The notes under the pieces: generated by a model
Database searches by the model: none
What the model was told of the DNA's origin: nothing
What the model saw: the letters and a program-made list of their open reading frames with translations, nothing else
In this document: positions 1-9,035 of the stretch, one piece after another
Position numbering within the stretch: position 1 is the first letter of the stretch
How the letters are laid out: the number at the start of each line of letters is the position of its first letter
Assembly: GCA_041496385.1 (NCBI GenBank)
Contig: JBGQEL010000030.1
Coordinates: 1 to 42,359 of the forward strand
DNA: 42,359 nucleotides
Origin: Candidatus Methylomirabilia bacterium
GTDB taxonomy: Bacteria > Methylomirabilota > Methylomirabilia > Rokubacteriales > CSP1-6
Direction: 5' to 3'
Program-made: the position numbers and the translations under genes

Positions 1-114
1 CAGTGGGTGCTGGGCCAGGCGCGGGCCGGTGACACCGTGCTCGTCATGGGCGCCCGCGACCCCGACCTGCCCCGCCTCGCGCGCTCGATCTTCGAGTCGC
101 TCTCCGCCTCCTGA
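1..114 (+). CDS. C-terminal end of a Mur-ligase family protein (MurC/Mpl-like), partial at window edge
   Basis: Frame 1 reads QWVLGQARAGDTVLVMGARDPDLPRLARSIFESLSAS*; 'ARxGDxVLVMGA' is the typical Mur ligase C-terminal motif. Confidence 0.6.
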   Translation, partial: QWVLGQARAGDTVLVMGARDPDLPRLARSIFESLSAS

Positions 115-257
115 GCCCCGGGCCCGGGACTCCGCTCGCCCGGGTCGCCGACCCCGCCCCGCACGCCTTGACGAGACAACACCCGTCGTGCCACGGTAGC
201 GCCGCCGCGAGCCATCGCGGCGCAGGCGCAGGGCGGCGCAAAAGGAGGACGACGACG

Positions 258-1508
258 ATGTCCAGGACAAAGCGTATGTTCACGGGGATTCTGGCGCTGG
301 CGATGCTGGCGTGGCTCGCGCCCGCGGCGACGCCCGCCGATCCGATCCGGATCGCGTACGTCGATCCCCTGTCGGGTCCGTTCGCCGCGACCGGGGAGAA
401 CGGGCTGCAGCAGTTCAAGTTCGCCGCCGACGGCCTCAATCGCGCGGGCGGGATCCTCGGCCGGCAGCTCGAGATCGTGCCCTTCGACAATAAGGTGAGC
501 CCGCAGGAGAGCCTCATCCAGCTCAAGAAGGTGATCGGCGACGGGATCCAGTTCGTCTTCCAGGGCAACAGCTCCGGCGTCGCCCACGCCATCTCGGACG
601 CCGTGCAGAAGCACAACGAGCGCAACCCGGGCAACCGCATCCTCTACCTCAACTACTCGGCCGTGGACCCGGCGCTCACCAACGAGAAGTGCCACTACTG
701 GCACTTCCGCTTCGACGCGCACGCCGACATGAAGATGGCGGCGCTGACCGACGTGATCAAGGCGAACACGAAGATCAAGAAGCTCTACGTCATCGGCCAG
801 GACTACTCCTTCGGCAAGGCCGTGGCCGAGGCCGCCGTCAGCATGCTCGCCAAGAAGCGGCCCGACATCCAGATCGTCGGCAACGAGCTGCATCCCATCG
901 GCAAGGTCAAGGACTTCTCGCCGTACGTCCAGAAGATCATCGCCGCGGGCGCCGACGCCGTCATCACCGGCAACTGGGGCGCCGACATGGTGAACCTCGC
1001 CAAGGCGGCCAACGACGGCGGCCTCAAGGTGCCGTTCTACACCTACTACGCGGCCTCCGACGGCGTGACCGCGGCAATCGGCGCCGCCGGCATCGATCGG
1101 ATCCGCCTCGTCCACGAGAGCCACCCCGGGAACCCGAACCCGCCCAAGGTCGTCGGCGACTACATCGCGACGTACAAGAAGCTCTACCCGAACAACGACA
1201 TCAACCAGCCGCGCATCCACACGGGCGTCAGCATGCTCGCGCTGGCGATCAAGAAGGCCGGCACGACCGACGTGGACAAGGTCGCGGCGACCCTCGAGGG
1301 GATGGAGTGGACGACGCTGAGCGGCGACCAGGTCATCATGCGCCGCGAGGACCACCAGCTCCTGATGCCGATCTACATCTCGGTGCACACCAACCGCGGC
1401 ATCCTGTTCGATCTCGACAACTCGGGCTTCGGCCTGCTCCAGGAAAGCAAGATCGACCGCAACAAGGCCACGCTGCCGTCCACCTGCAAGATGCAGCGGC
1501 CCAGCTAG
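258..1508 (+). CDS. Branched-chain amino acid ABC transporter substrate-binding protein
   Basis: AAAGGAGG RBS before ATG 258 (ORF-track start 168 is an over-extension); signal peptide; 'IRIAYVDPLSGPFA' Leu-binding family N-terminus; heads a livHMGF-like operon. Confidence 0.92.
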   Translation: MSRTKRMFTGILALAMLAWLAPAATPADPIRIAYVDPLSGPFAATGENGLQQFKFAADGLNRAGGILGRQLEIVPFDNKVSPQESLIQLKKVIGDGIQFVFQGNSSGVAHAISDAVQKHNERNPGNRILYLNYSAVDPALTNEKCHYWHFRFDAHADMKMAALTDVIKANTKIKKLYVIGQDYSFGKAVAEAAVSMLAKKRPDIQIVGNELHPIGKVKDFSPYVQKIIAAGADAVITGNWGADMVNLAKAANDGGLKVPFYTYYAASDGVTAAIGAAGIDRIRLVHESHPGNPNPPKVVGDYIATYKKLYPNNDINQPRIHTGVSMLALAIKKAGTTDVDKVAATLEGMEWTTLSGDQVIMRREDHQLLMPIYISVHTNRGILFDLDNSGFGLLQESKIDRNKATLPSTCKMQRPS

Positions 1509-1527
1509 CGCCGGCGACGCGCGGGAC

Positions 1528-1555
1528 GGCGGGGCCGCGGCTCTGCGGCCCCGCC
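1528..1555 (+). other. Intercistronic RNA stem-loop after the SBP gene
   Basis: Perfect 11-bp stem GGCGGGGCCGC / GCGGCCCCGCC with a 6-nt loop and no U-tract, between SBP and permease. Confidence 0.65.
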
Positions 1556-1565
1556 CGCGCACACG

Positions 1566-2516
1566 ATGTTCGAGCTCGTCCTCTTCTCCGTCCTCAACGG
1601 CCTCGTCTTCGGCATGCTGCTCTTCATGCTGTCGAGCGGGCTCACGCTGATCTTCGGCATGATGGGCGTCCTGAACTTCGCGCACGCCGGCTTCTACATG
1701 CTCGGGGCCTACTTCGCCTACACGCTCACGGCCCGCCTGGGCTTCTGGACGGCGCTCGTCGTGGCGCCCCTGCTGGTCGGCGTGCTGGGCGCGCTGGTGG
1801 AGCGCCACGGGCTCCGGCGCGTGCACCGCTTCGGGCACGTGGCCGAGCTGATCTTCACCTTCGGCCTCGCGGTGGTCATCGAGGAGGTCGTGCAGCTCGT
1901 CTGGGGACGTCCGGCGAAGAGCTACGAAGCGCCCGCGCTGCTGAACTTCCCGCTCTTCCACCTCTTTCAGACGAGCTTCCCCGCCTACAAGGCCTTCATG
2001 CTCCTCATCTCCGTGGCGATCTTCGTGTTCATCTTCGGCGTCCTCACACGGACGCGGGCCGGCCTCATCATCCAGGCCTCGCTCACGCACCCCGGCACGG
2101 TCGCGATGCTGGGGCACAACGTGCCCCGCGTGTTCATGATCGTCTTCGGCATCGGCTCGGGGCTCGCCGGGCTCGCCGGCGTCATCGCGGGCCCCGTGCT
2201 GGGCACGTTCCCCGGCATGGCGCAGGTGCTCGGGAGCATCGTGTTCGTCGTGGTCGTGATCGGCGGGCTCGGCTCGCTCACGGGCGCCTTCGCCGCCTCG
2301 CTGCTGATCGGCATCGTCCAGACCTTCGCCGTGGCGCTCAATGTCTCGCTGAACAGCGTGCTGGTCGCGGCGGGCTTCCACGTGGACGCCCAGGGGCTCC
2401 TCCACGACCTGTGGAAGGTCACGGTCGCGCAGGTGGCGCCCGTCATGCCGTATCTGCTCCTCGTGCTGATCCTCATCGTGCGCCCGAGCGGTTTCTTCGG
2501 CACCCGCGAGTCGTGA
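1566..2516 (+). CDS. livH: Branched-chain amino acid ABC permease (LivH-type)
   Basis: 'NGLVFGMLLFMLSSGLTLIFGMMGVLNFAHA' and 'VVIGGLGS' motifs; hydrophobic. Confidence 0.92.
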   Translation: MFELVLFSVLNGLVFGMLLFMLSSGLTLIFGMMGVLNFAHAGFYMLGAYFAYTLTARLGFWTALVVAPLLVGVLGALVERHGLRRVHRFGHVAELIFTFGLAVVIEEVVQLVWGRPAKSYEAPALLNFPLFHLFQTSFPAYKAFMLLISVAIFVFIFGVLTRTRAGLIIQASLTHPGTVAMLGHNVPRVFMIVFGIGSGLAGLAGVIAGPVLGTFPGMAQVLGSIVFVVVVIGGLGSLTGAFAASLLIGIVQTFAVALNVSLNSVLVAAGFHVDAQGLLHDLWKVTVAQVAPVMPYLLLVLILIVRPSGFFGTRES

Positions 2517-3742
2517 TGCGCCGCTACGGCGTCTGGATCGCGGCGGCGGCCGTCCTGGCCGTCCTGCCCCACGTCGTGCGGACGCCCGTCGCGGTTCCCG
2601 TGATGAACCAGATGGGGATCGCCGTCGTGTTCGCGCTCTCGTACAACATGCTGCTCGGCCAGGGCGGGATGCTCTCCTTCGGCCACGCCGTCTACCTCGG
2701 CCTGGGCGGCTTCATCGCCGCGCACGCCCTGAACCTCGCGGGCCGCGGCGCCGTCTGGCTGCCGGTGCCGCTCCTGCCGCTCGTGGGCGGCCTCGGCGGG
2801 CTCCTCTTCGGCGCGCTCTTCGGAAGTTTCTCGACCAACCGCGCCGGCACCGCGTTCGCCATGATCTCGCTCGGCATCGGCGAACTGACGGCGGCCTCCT
2901 CGCTCATCCTCGACAGGTTCTTCGGCGGCGAGGAGGGCATCACGACGAACCGGGCCAAGGTGCCCGCGCTGTTCGGCCTCGACTTCACGAGCGACCGCCA
3001 CGTCTACTACCTGATCGCGTTCTGGGTGTTCGTCTCGGCGGCGCTGATGTACGTCTTCTCGCGCACCCCCGTGGGACGCATGGCCAACGCCGTGCGTGAC
3101 AACCCGGAGCGCGCCGAGTTCGTCGGCTACAGTCAGCGGCGCGTGCGCTTCGTCTCGTTCTGCGTCGCCGGGCTCTTCGCCGGGATCGCGGGCGGGCTGT
3201 TCGCGCTGAACTACGAGATCCTGACCGCCGAGAACATGAGCCTCAACGCCTCCGGCGCGGTGCTCCTCATGACGTTCATCGGCGGCATCGGCTCCTTCGT
3301 CGGCCCCATCCTCGGCGCGATCGTCTTCACCTTTCTGCAGTCGATGCTGAGCGACTACACGGGGATCTGGCTCCTCTACATCGGGCTCCTGTTTCTCGCC
3401 ACCGTCATGTTCGTGCCGTTCGGGCTCGCCGGCATTCTCCAGCTGCACGCCCCGGCCTGGCGCGCCGGGCGCGTGGGGCGCCTCGTCGGACCCTACCTCG
3501 TGGCGGGCCTCCTCGGGCTCGTCGCGGCCGCCGGCGCCATCGGCTTGCTCGAGATGGTCCACTTCATCGCCTCGGCGCCGCCGAGCCGCGCCACCAAGCG
3601 CCTGTTCTGGGTGACCTGGAACGCCCGTACCCTCTGGCCCTGGGTCGCATTCGCCGCCCTCATCGCGGCCGGCGCGCTCGGGCTGCGCCGGGCCGCACCG
3701 GTTGCCGCCGCCGCCTTCGCCGACGCGAGCCGCCCGCGATGA
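2516..3742 (+). CDS. livM: Branched-chain amino acid ABC permease (LivM-type)
   Basis: True start ATG 2516 overlaps the livH stop (TGATG); 'SYNMLLGQGGMLSFGHAVYLGLG', 'AVRDNPERAEFVG'. Confidence 0.92.
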   Translation: MRRYGVWIAAAAVLAVLPHVVRTPVAVPVMNQMGIAVVFALSYNMLLGQGGMLSFGHAVYLGLGGFIAAHALNLAGRGAVWLPVPLLPLVGGLGGLLFGALFGSFSTNRAGTAFAMISLGIGELTAASSLILDRFFGGEEGITTNRAKVPALFGLDFTSDRHVYYLIAFWVFVSAALMYVFSRTPVGRMANAVRDNPERAEFVGYSQRRVRFVSFCVAGLFAGIAGGLFALNYEILTAENMSLNASGAVLLMTFIGGIGSFVGPILGAIVFTFLQSMLSDYTGIWLLYIGLLFLATVMFVPFGLAGILQLHAPAWRAGRVGRLVGPYLVAGLLGLVAAAGAIGLLEMVHFIASAPPSRATKRLFWVTWNARTLWPWVAFAALIAAGALGLRRAAPVAAAAFADASRPR

Positions 3743-4494
3743 CGCCGGTCCTCGAGCTGGTCGACGTCCGCAAGGCTTTCGGCCGGACGCCGATCATTCA
3801 CGGGGTGAGCCTGACGATCGAGGCGGGTACGCGGCAGGCCCTCATCGGTCCCAACGGCGCCGGCAAGTCGACGCTCTTCAACCTGATCACCGGCAAGTAC
3901 CCCGTCTCGAGCGGCCGCATCCGGCTGAAGGGCGAGGACGTCACCGGCCTGCGCCCCTACGAGATCAACCGCCGCGGGCTGAGCCGCTCCTTCCAGGTGA
4001 CGAACATCTTCCCGCGCCTCAGCGTCTTCGAGAACCTCCGCTGCGCCGCCCTCTGGTCTCGGGGCTACGGCTACTCGTTCTGGCACCTCGTGGAGAACGC
4101 GCGGGACGTGCGGGAGCGCGCCGAGACGGTGATGGCGCAGCTCAACCTGACGGCGCGGCGCGACATGCCGGCCGGCGTGCTCTCCTACGCCGAGCAGCGC
4201 GCGCTCGAGATCGGCGTCGCCATCGCCGGCGGCGCCGACGTGATCCTGCTCGACGAGCCCACCTCCGGCATGAGCCGGAGCGAGACCGAGCACGTGGTGC
4301 AGCTCATCCGGCAGGTGACGGCCGGCAAGACGCTGCTCATGGTCGAGCACGACATGAGCGTCGTGTTCGACCTCGCCGATCGCATCGCGGTCCTCGTCTA
4401 CGGCGAGATCATCGCGCACGACGCGCCCGAGAGCATCCGCGCGAACGCCGCGGTCCAGGAGGCCTACCTGGGCGTACCGCAGGGCGCCGCCTGA
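3739..4494 (+). CDS. livG: ABC transporter ATP-binding protein (LivG-type)
   Basis: Walker A GPNGAGKST, Walker B LLDEP, VEHDM; ATGA overlap. Confidence 0.93.
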   Translation: MTPVLELVDVRKAFGRTPIIHGVSLTIEAGTRQALIGPNGAGKSTLFNLITGKYPVSSGRIRLKGEDVTGLRPYEINRRGLSRSFQVTNIFPRLSVFENLRCAALWSRGYGYSFWHLVENARDVRERAETVMAQLNLTARRDMPAGVLSYAEQRALEIGVAIAGGADVILLDEPTSGMSRSETEHVVQLIRQVTAGKTLLMVEHDMSVVFDLADRIAVLVYGEIIAHDAPESIRANAAVQEAYLGVPQGAA

Positions 4495-5189
4495 TGCTGG
4501 CGGTCAGCGATCTCCACGCCTTCTACGGCAAGAGCCACATCCTGCACGGCGTGAGCCTGGGCGTCGGCGAGGGCGAGATCGTCAGCCTGCTCGGCCGGAA
4601 CGGGGTCGGCCGCTCGACGACCATCAAGGCGATCATGGGCGACGTCCGGGCCGAGGGCTCCGTCCGCTTCCGCGGCCAGGAGATCTGCGGGCTGCCCCCC
4701 TACACCATCGCGCGCAAGGGGCTCGGCTACGTGCCGGAGAACCGGGACATCTTCCCGACGCTCAGCGTGCGGCAGAACCTCCTGCTCGGCATGAAGAACC
4801 CCCGGCACCCGGGCCGCTGGTCGATGGACGACGTGTTCAACCTCTTCCCCGTGCTGCGCGAGCGGGCCGACCAGCCGGGCGGCGTGCTCTCGGGCGGCGA
4901 GCAGCAGATGCTGACGATGTGCCGCACGCTGATCGGCGACCCGCACCTCATCATGATCGACGAGCCGACCGAGGGCCTGGCGCCCATGCTCGTCAAGCAG
5001 GTCGCCGGCCTCCTGGTGGAGATCGCCCAGCGCGGCGTCGCCATCCTGCTCGTCGAGCAGAAGCTCACCATCGCCCTCGCCATCTCGCGGCGCGTCTACG
5101 TGATGGGGCACGGGCGCGTGGTCTTCGAGGGCACGCCCGACGATCTGCGCCGGAACGAGGCCGTCCGCAAGGAGTGGCTCGAGGTCTAA
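4494..5189 (+). CDS. livF: ABC transporter ATP-binding protein (LivF-type)
   Basis: Start ATG 4494 overlaps the previous stop; GRNGVGRST, LSGGEQQM, IDEPTEGLAP. Confidence 0.93.
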   Translation: MLAVSDLHAFYGKSHILHGVSLGVGEGEIVSLLGRNGVGRSTTIKAIMGDVRAEGSVRFRGQEICGLPPYTIARKGLGYVPENRDIFPTLSVRQNLLLGMKNPRHPGRWSMDDVFNLFPVLRERADQPGGVLSGGEQQMLTMCRTLIGDPHLIMIDEPTEGLAPMLVKQVAGLLVEIAQRGVAILLVEQKLTIALAISRRVYVMGHGRVVFEGTPDDLRRNEAVRKEWLEV

Positions 5190-5212
5190 CCCCGTGACAT
5201 CCGGAGGCGACG

Positions 5213-6148
5213 ATGCCCGCACGACCGCTACCGTCGGAACAGGAAGTCCTCGGCTGGATCCGCCAGCGCCGCAACTGGGGGCGCTGGGGCAAGGATGACC
5301 AGATCGGCGCGCTCAATCTCGTGACGCCGCCCAAGCGCGCGGCCGCGGCACGGCTCGTGCGCAGCGGCCGCAGCGTCTCGCTGAGCCGCCCGTTCCCGAA
5401 GGAGCCCGGGCCCAACAACGCGCTGCCCGCGCACCACTACATGAAGTCGCTCCCGCGCGGCAAGGGCGGGTTCGCGGCCGACTACTACGGCATCTTCTAT
5501 CACGGCGTCGCCTCGACCCACATCGACGCCCTCTGCCACACCTGGGACGAGGAGGCGATGTGGAACGGGCGCGATCCGAAGAAGGAGATCACCTTCGACG
5601 GCGCGCGCTTCGGCTCGATCGAGCACTGGAGCGAGGGGATCATCACCCGCGGCGTCCTGCTCGACGTCCCCCGCCACCGCGGCGTGCCGTGCGTGACGCA
5701 GGATCGGCCCGTGCACGGCTGGGAGCTGGACGACATCCTGACGAAGCGCGGGATCAAGCTCGAGGCGGGCGACGCCGTCTGCGTCTACTCGGGCCGCGAG
5801 GCATGGCAGGCCCAGGACCCCGAGCGCCCGTACAGCAAGGTCTTCACCCCGGGGGCGGTCCTCGAGCGCCCGGGGCTCCACGTCTCCTGCCTGCCGTTCA
5901 TCCGCGACCACGACGTCAGCGTCATCGTCTGGGACATGCTCGATCACCTGCCGATCGGCTACGACATCCCCTGGGCCGTGCACGCCGCGCTCTTCGCGTA
6001 CGGCGTCGCGCTCCTCGACAACGCGCTCCTCGAGCCGCTGGCGCGCGCCTGCCAGGAGGAAGGGCGCGACGAGTTCATGCTCGTGATCGCGCCGCTCCTG
6101 GTCGTGGGCGGGACGGGCTCGCCGGCGAACCCGCTCGCGGTGTTCTGA
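5213..6148 (+). CDS. Cyclase family (kynurenine formamidase-like) metal-dependent hydrolase
   Basis: 'NWGRWGKDDQIGALN', 'HGVASTHIDALCH' metal motif, C-terminal 'GTGSPANPLA'; GGAGG RBS. Confidence 0.88.
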   Translation: MPARPLPSEQEVLGWIRQRRNWGRWGKDDQIGALNLVTPPKRAAAARLVRSGRSVSLSRPFPKEPGPNNALPAHHYMKSLPRGKGGFAADYYGIFYHGVASTHIDALCHTWDEEAMWNGRDPKKEITFDGARFGSIEHWSEGIITRGVLLDVPRHRGVPCVTQDRPVHGWELDDILTKRGIKLEAGDAVCVYSGREAWQAQDPERPYSKVFTPGAVLERPGLHVSCLPFIRDHDVSVIVWDMLDHLPIGYDIPWAVHAALFAYGVALLDNALLEPLARACQEEGRDEFMLVIAPLLVVGGTGSPANPLAVF

Positions 6149-6160
6149 GCTGGGGCGCCC

Positions 6161-7432
6161 CTACGCCTTGGGGCGCGGGAACACGAATTTCTGCTCCGCC
6201 ACGTCCTTGGGCCAGACCACCCTGGCCTTCTGCCCGAGGATCTGGAGCATGGCCGTGCTCGCGTTCGGGTTGTCACCGGTCTCGTTGAAGACGATGGGCC
6301 CGCTGTACACCGCCAACCCGCTGCCGAAGTTCGTCTTCTTGAACGCCGCGACCACCGCGTCGGGGTCGACCGAGGCGGCGCGCTCGAGCGCGTCCGCGAT
6401 GACGAGGATGGCGTCGTAGGAGTAGGCGGCGCTGGCGTCGAAGTTCCGCCCACCCGAGCGCTTGACGTACTCCACCGCGACCCGCTGCGTCTCGGGCTTC
6501 CGGTAGTTCGCGTATACGGTGGCGTCCATGACGTATTCGATCAGCTCCTTCAGCTGCTGGATCTGCTTCGTCTCGTAGAGCCCCGGCGCGCCCGGACTGA
6601 TGATGCCCATCGCGTCCACGCGCTGCTTGGCCAGCTCCTCGAGCAGCATGATCGCGGTCACCGGCCGCGTGATGGGCGCGATGATGTCCGGCTTGGCGGC
6701 CTTCGCCCGCGAGACCTCCGTCGAGAGATCCGCCGCGTTTTCCGGGTACGGGATCACGTCGACGACGTCGAACCCCGGGCCCGCCGCCTTGTGCGCCGCC
6801 AGGAAGCTCTCGGTCTGCGTCTTGCCGAACAGGTCGTTGGAGTAGAGGATCACGGCCCGCTTGGGGTTCACGTTGGCCTCACGGAAGATCTCGGTCATGA
6901 AGCGGACGGCGTTGCGCCCGAAGATCGCGCTGCCCGGGAAGATCCGGTAGACGTACTGCACCTTCTGCTGCCCCTCGCGCACGGACTTGGCGATGCCGGC
7001 GGTGATCTGGTCGGCGGCCGTGATGTCGATGAGGTAGGGGATGCGGCGCTGCTGGGCCAGCGGCGCGATCGTGGCGACGTGCGCGGAGTGGTACCCGCCG
7101 GTCAGGAGCTGGGCGCCGGCGTTGACGAGGCGCTCGGCCTCCGCCCGGGCGACCTCGGGCTTGGTCTGGCTGTCGGCGTGCATCAGCTCGAGCTTCGCGC
7201 CGCCCATCGACTTGATCCCGCCCGCGGCGTTGATCGCCTCGGCGGCCATCGTGGCGCCCAGGCGGGAATCCTGCCCGACGTCGGCCATGGGGCCGGTGAC
7301 CGGCTCCACCATGCCGATCCGGATCATCCGCGGTTGCGCGCGCAGCAGCGCCGGAACTCCGGCGATGCCCACGGCCGATGCCGCCGCCGCTCCACGCACG
7401 AACGCCCGCCGGGTCACTCGCGTCCTTGCCAT
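6161..7432 (-). CDS. Tat-exported ABC substrate-binding protein, branched-chain amino acid family (orphan)
   Basis: Twin-arginine signal 'TRRAFVRGAAAA'; 'IRIGMVEPVTG...AAEAINAAGGIKSMGGAKLEL'; GAGGAGG RBS. Confidence 0.9.
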   Translation of the reverse strand: MARTRVTRRAFVRGAAAASAVGIAGVPALLRAQPRMIRIGMVEPVTGPMADVGQDSRLGATMAAEAINAAGGIKSMGGAKLELMHADSQTKPEVARAEAERLVNAGAQLLTGGYHSAHVATIAPLAQQRRIPYLIDITAADQITAGIAKSVREGQQKVQYVYRIFPGSAIFGRNAVRFMTEIFREANVNPKRAVILYSNDLFGKTQTESFLAAHKAAGPGFDVVDVIPYPENAADLSTEVSRAKAAKPDIIAPITRPVTAIMLLEELAKQRVDAMGIISPGAPGLYETKQIQQLKELIEYVMDATVYANYRKPETQRVAVEYVKRSGGRNFDASAAYSYDAILVIADALERAASVDPDAVVAAFKKTNFGSGLAVYSGPIVFNETGDNPNASTAMLQILGQKARVVWPKDVAEQKFVFPRPKA

Positions 7433-7460
7433 CCTTGCCCTCCTCGTTGAAGTGTCACGG

Positions 7461-7490
7461 ACGTTACGGCCCCCGGGGCGCTCAGGTCAA
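7461..7490 (-). promoter_or_regulatory. Putative sigma70-type promoter for the SBP gene
   Basis: Minus strand TTGACC-N18-TAACGT upstream of the RBS. Confidence 0.5.
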
Positions 7491-8449
7491 GCGCCGAGCG
7501 CCTCGGCGATCGCCACCAGCTCCTCGTACTCCTGCATCCAGTAGCGATGGTCCCGGAAGTTCGGGAAGGCCGGCGGGAACGAGGGATCGTCCCAGCGACG
7601 CGCGATCCAGCCCGACATGTGGATGATACGGAGCGCGCGCAGCGGCTCGCAGAGCGCGAGACTCGCACGCTCGAACTCGCGGAACAGCTCGTACCCCTCC
7701 ACGAGGTCCTCGCGCGCCCGGCGCGCCTCGTCCGAACCACCGCGCGCGAGCAGCCAGAGGTCCTGGACGGGCGGACCAACGAGGCAGTCGTCGAAGTCCA
7801 CGAGCGTCGGGCCGTCGGTCGTCCAGAGGATGTTGCCGTAGTGCAGGTCACCGTGGATCCGCTGGGTCCGCGCGGCGGCGAGCGGCTTGGCGACGGCGTC
7901 GGCGATGCGGAGCGCGACGTCGCGATAACGCGGCGCCAGGTTCTCGGGGATGAACTTACCCCCGAGCACGACCTCCAGGGGTTCGCGGACGTAGGTCGCC
8001 ACGTCCAGCCGCAGCCGGTGCGGCGCATCTCGGGCGGCGCCGACGGCGTGCATGCGGCCGATGGTCCGGCCGATCCGGCGTCGATTCTCGGCGTCGAGCT
8101 CGTCGAGCGAGCGCCCGCGGATCTTCGGGAAGGCCGCGTAGTAGATGCCCTCGATCTCGCCGAGGGTCGCGCCCGTGCCGAGGTCGAGCGGCGCCACCGC
8201 CGGCACCTCGGAGGCCACGAGGTCGGCGAGGAACGCGTGCTCGTCGAGGATCGTCTCGCGCGACCACCGGCCCGGCCGATAGAACTTCACGATGAGGCGC
8301 CGCTCGTCCTCGAGCTCCACCTCGTACACGCGGTTCTCGAAGGCGCGCAGCGGCAGGCAGCGGCCGGTACAACGCAGACCCCCCACCTCCACCGCGTCGA
8401 GCACGCGGTCCGGGGTGAGGGAGAAGAACGAGGCGCGGGGCTCGCCCAC
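7487..8449 (-). CDS. srkA: Stress response Ser/Thr protein kinase SrkA (RdoA/YihE)
   Basis: 'FENRVY', 'KFYRPGRWS', 'RIHGDLHYGNIL', 'VDFDD', 'WIARRWDDPSFPPAFP' are SrkA hallmarks. Confidence 0.92.
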   Translation of the reverse strand: MGEPRASFFSLTPDRVLDAVEVGGLRCTGRCLPLRAFENRVYEVELEDERRLIVKFYRPGRWSRETILDEHAFLADLVASEVPAVAPLDLGTGATLGEIEGIYYAAFPKIRGRSLDELDAENRRRIGRTIGRMHAVGAARDAPHRLRLDVATYVREPLEVVLGGKFIPENLAPRYRDVALRIADAVAKPLAAARTQRIHGDLHYGNILWTTDGPTLVDFDDCLVGPPVQDLWLLARGGSDEARRAREDLVEGYELFREFERASLALCEPLRALRIIHMSGWIARRWDDPSFPPAFPNFRDHRYWMQEYEELVAIAEALGA

Positions 8450-8514
8450 AGTAATGGCTCGCCCCGAGTATACGACCGAGCCGGCGCGGGAGCAGCCCTC
8501 CCGCGAGGTCGGTA

Positions 8515-8946
8515 CTATCCGCGCAAGGTCAGCGTCGGCACCGGCGCCTTGCGGGCCACGCGCTCGGCGACGTCGGGTGCGAGCGCGCTACGCAGGCGGC
8601 CGCGGCCGCCGGACGCGAGCGCGATGAGGTCGGCATCGAAGGCCTCGGCCTCCAGGAGGATCTCCTCCGTCGGCTCGCCGAAGCGCACGGCGCTCTCCAC
8701 CGGAATGCCGTCGAGCTGCGCCTCGATCCGGGCGAGGTCGTCGAGCCCCTCGGCGGTCAGGCGCGCCATCTCCTGGTCGCTGTACGCCACGGTCCGTCCG
8801 TGCGAGCCGACGATCCGATCCGGAACCGGGAACACGCGGAGCAGCCGCACCGTCGAGCCACTGCCGTGCGCGAGCGCGGACACGATCGGCACGATGTCCT
8901 CGCCGCGCGCTCGAATGCCGATTGGTGCAAGGATTCTTTTCGTCAT
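8515..8946 (-). CDS. Universal stress protein (UspA family)
   Basis: Start MTKRILAP after GGAGG RBS; 'VRFGEPTEEIL...ADLIAL...VAERVARKAPVPTL'. Confidence 0.85.
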   Translation of the reverse strand: MTKRILAPIGIRARGEDIVPIVSALAHGSGSTVRLLRVFPVPDRIVGSHGRTVAYSDQEMARLTAEGLDDLARIEAQLDGIPVESAVRFGEPTEEILLEAEAFDADLIALASGGRGRLRSALAPDVAERVARKAPVPTLTLRG

Positions 8947-9016
8947 CACTCTCTTCCTCCACTTGTTGAGACGCGGAGGCGACGCCGTTGGATTCCTGAA
9001 AAATCGCGCGCGGCAG

Positions 9017-9035
9017 GACAGGTGCAGCACCTGTC
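9017..9035. repeat. Perfect inverted repeat between NMO and USP genes
   Basis: GACAGGTGC-A-GCACCTGTC, overlapping the NMO stop and a minus-strand TTGACA. Confidence 0.55.

Noticed and set aside
198..245. Structured 5' leader / riboswitch before the liv operon
   Set aside because: GC-rich hairpins are possible but no recognisable riboswitch or T-box consensus
689..2515. N-terminal 600 aa of the 1017-aa ORF 689..3742
   Set aside because: Arg/Pro-rich off-frame shadow of the SBP and livH genes; the real LivM starts at 2516
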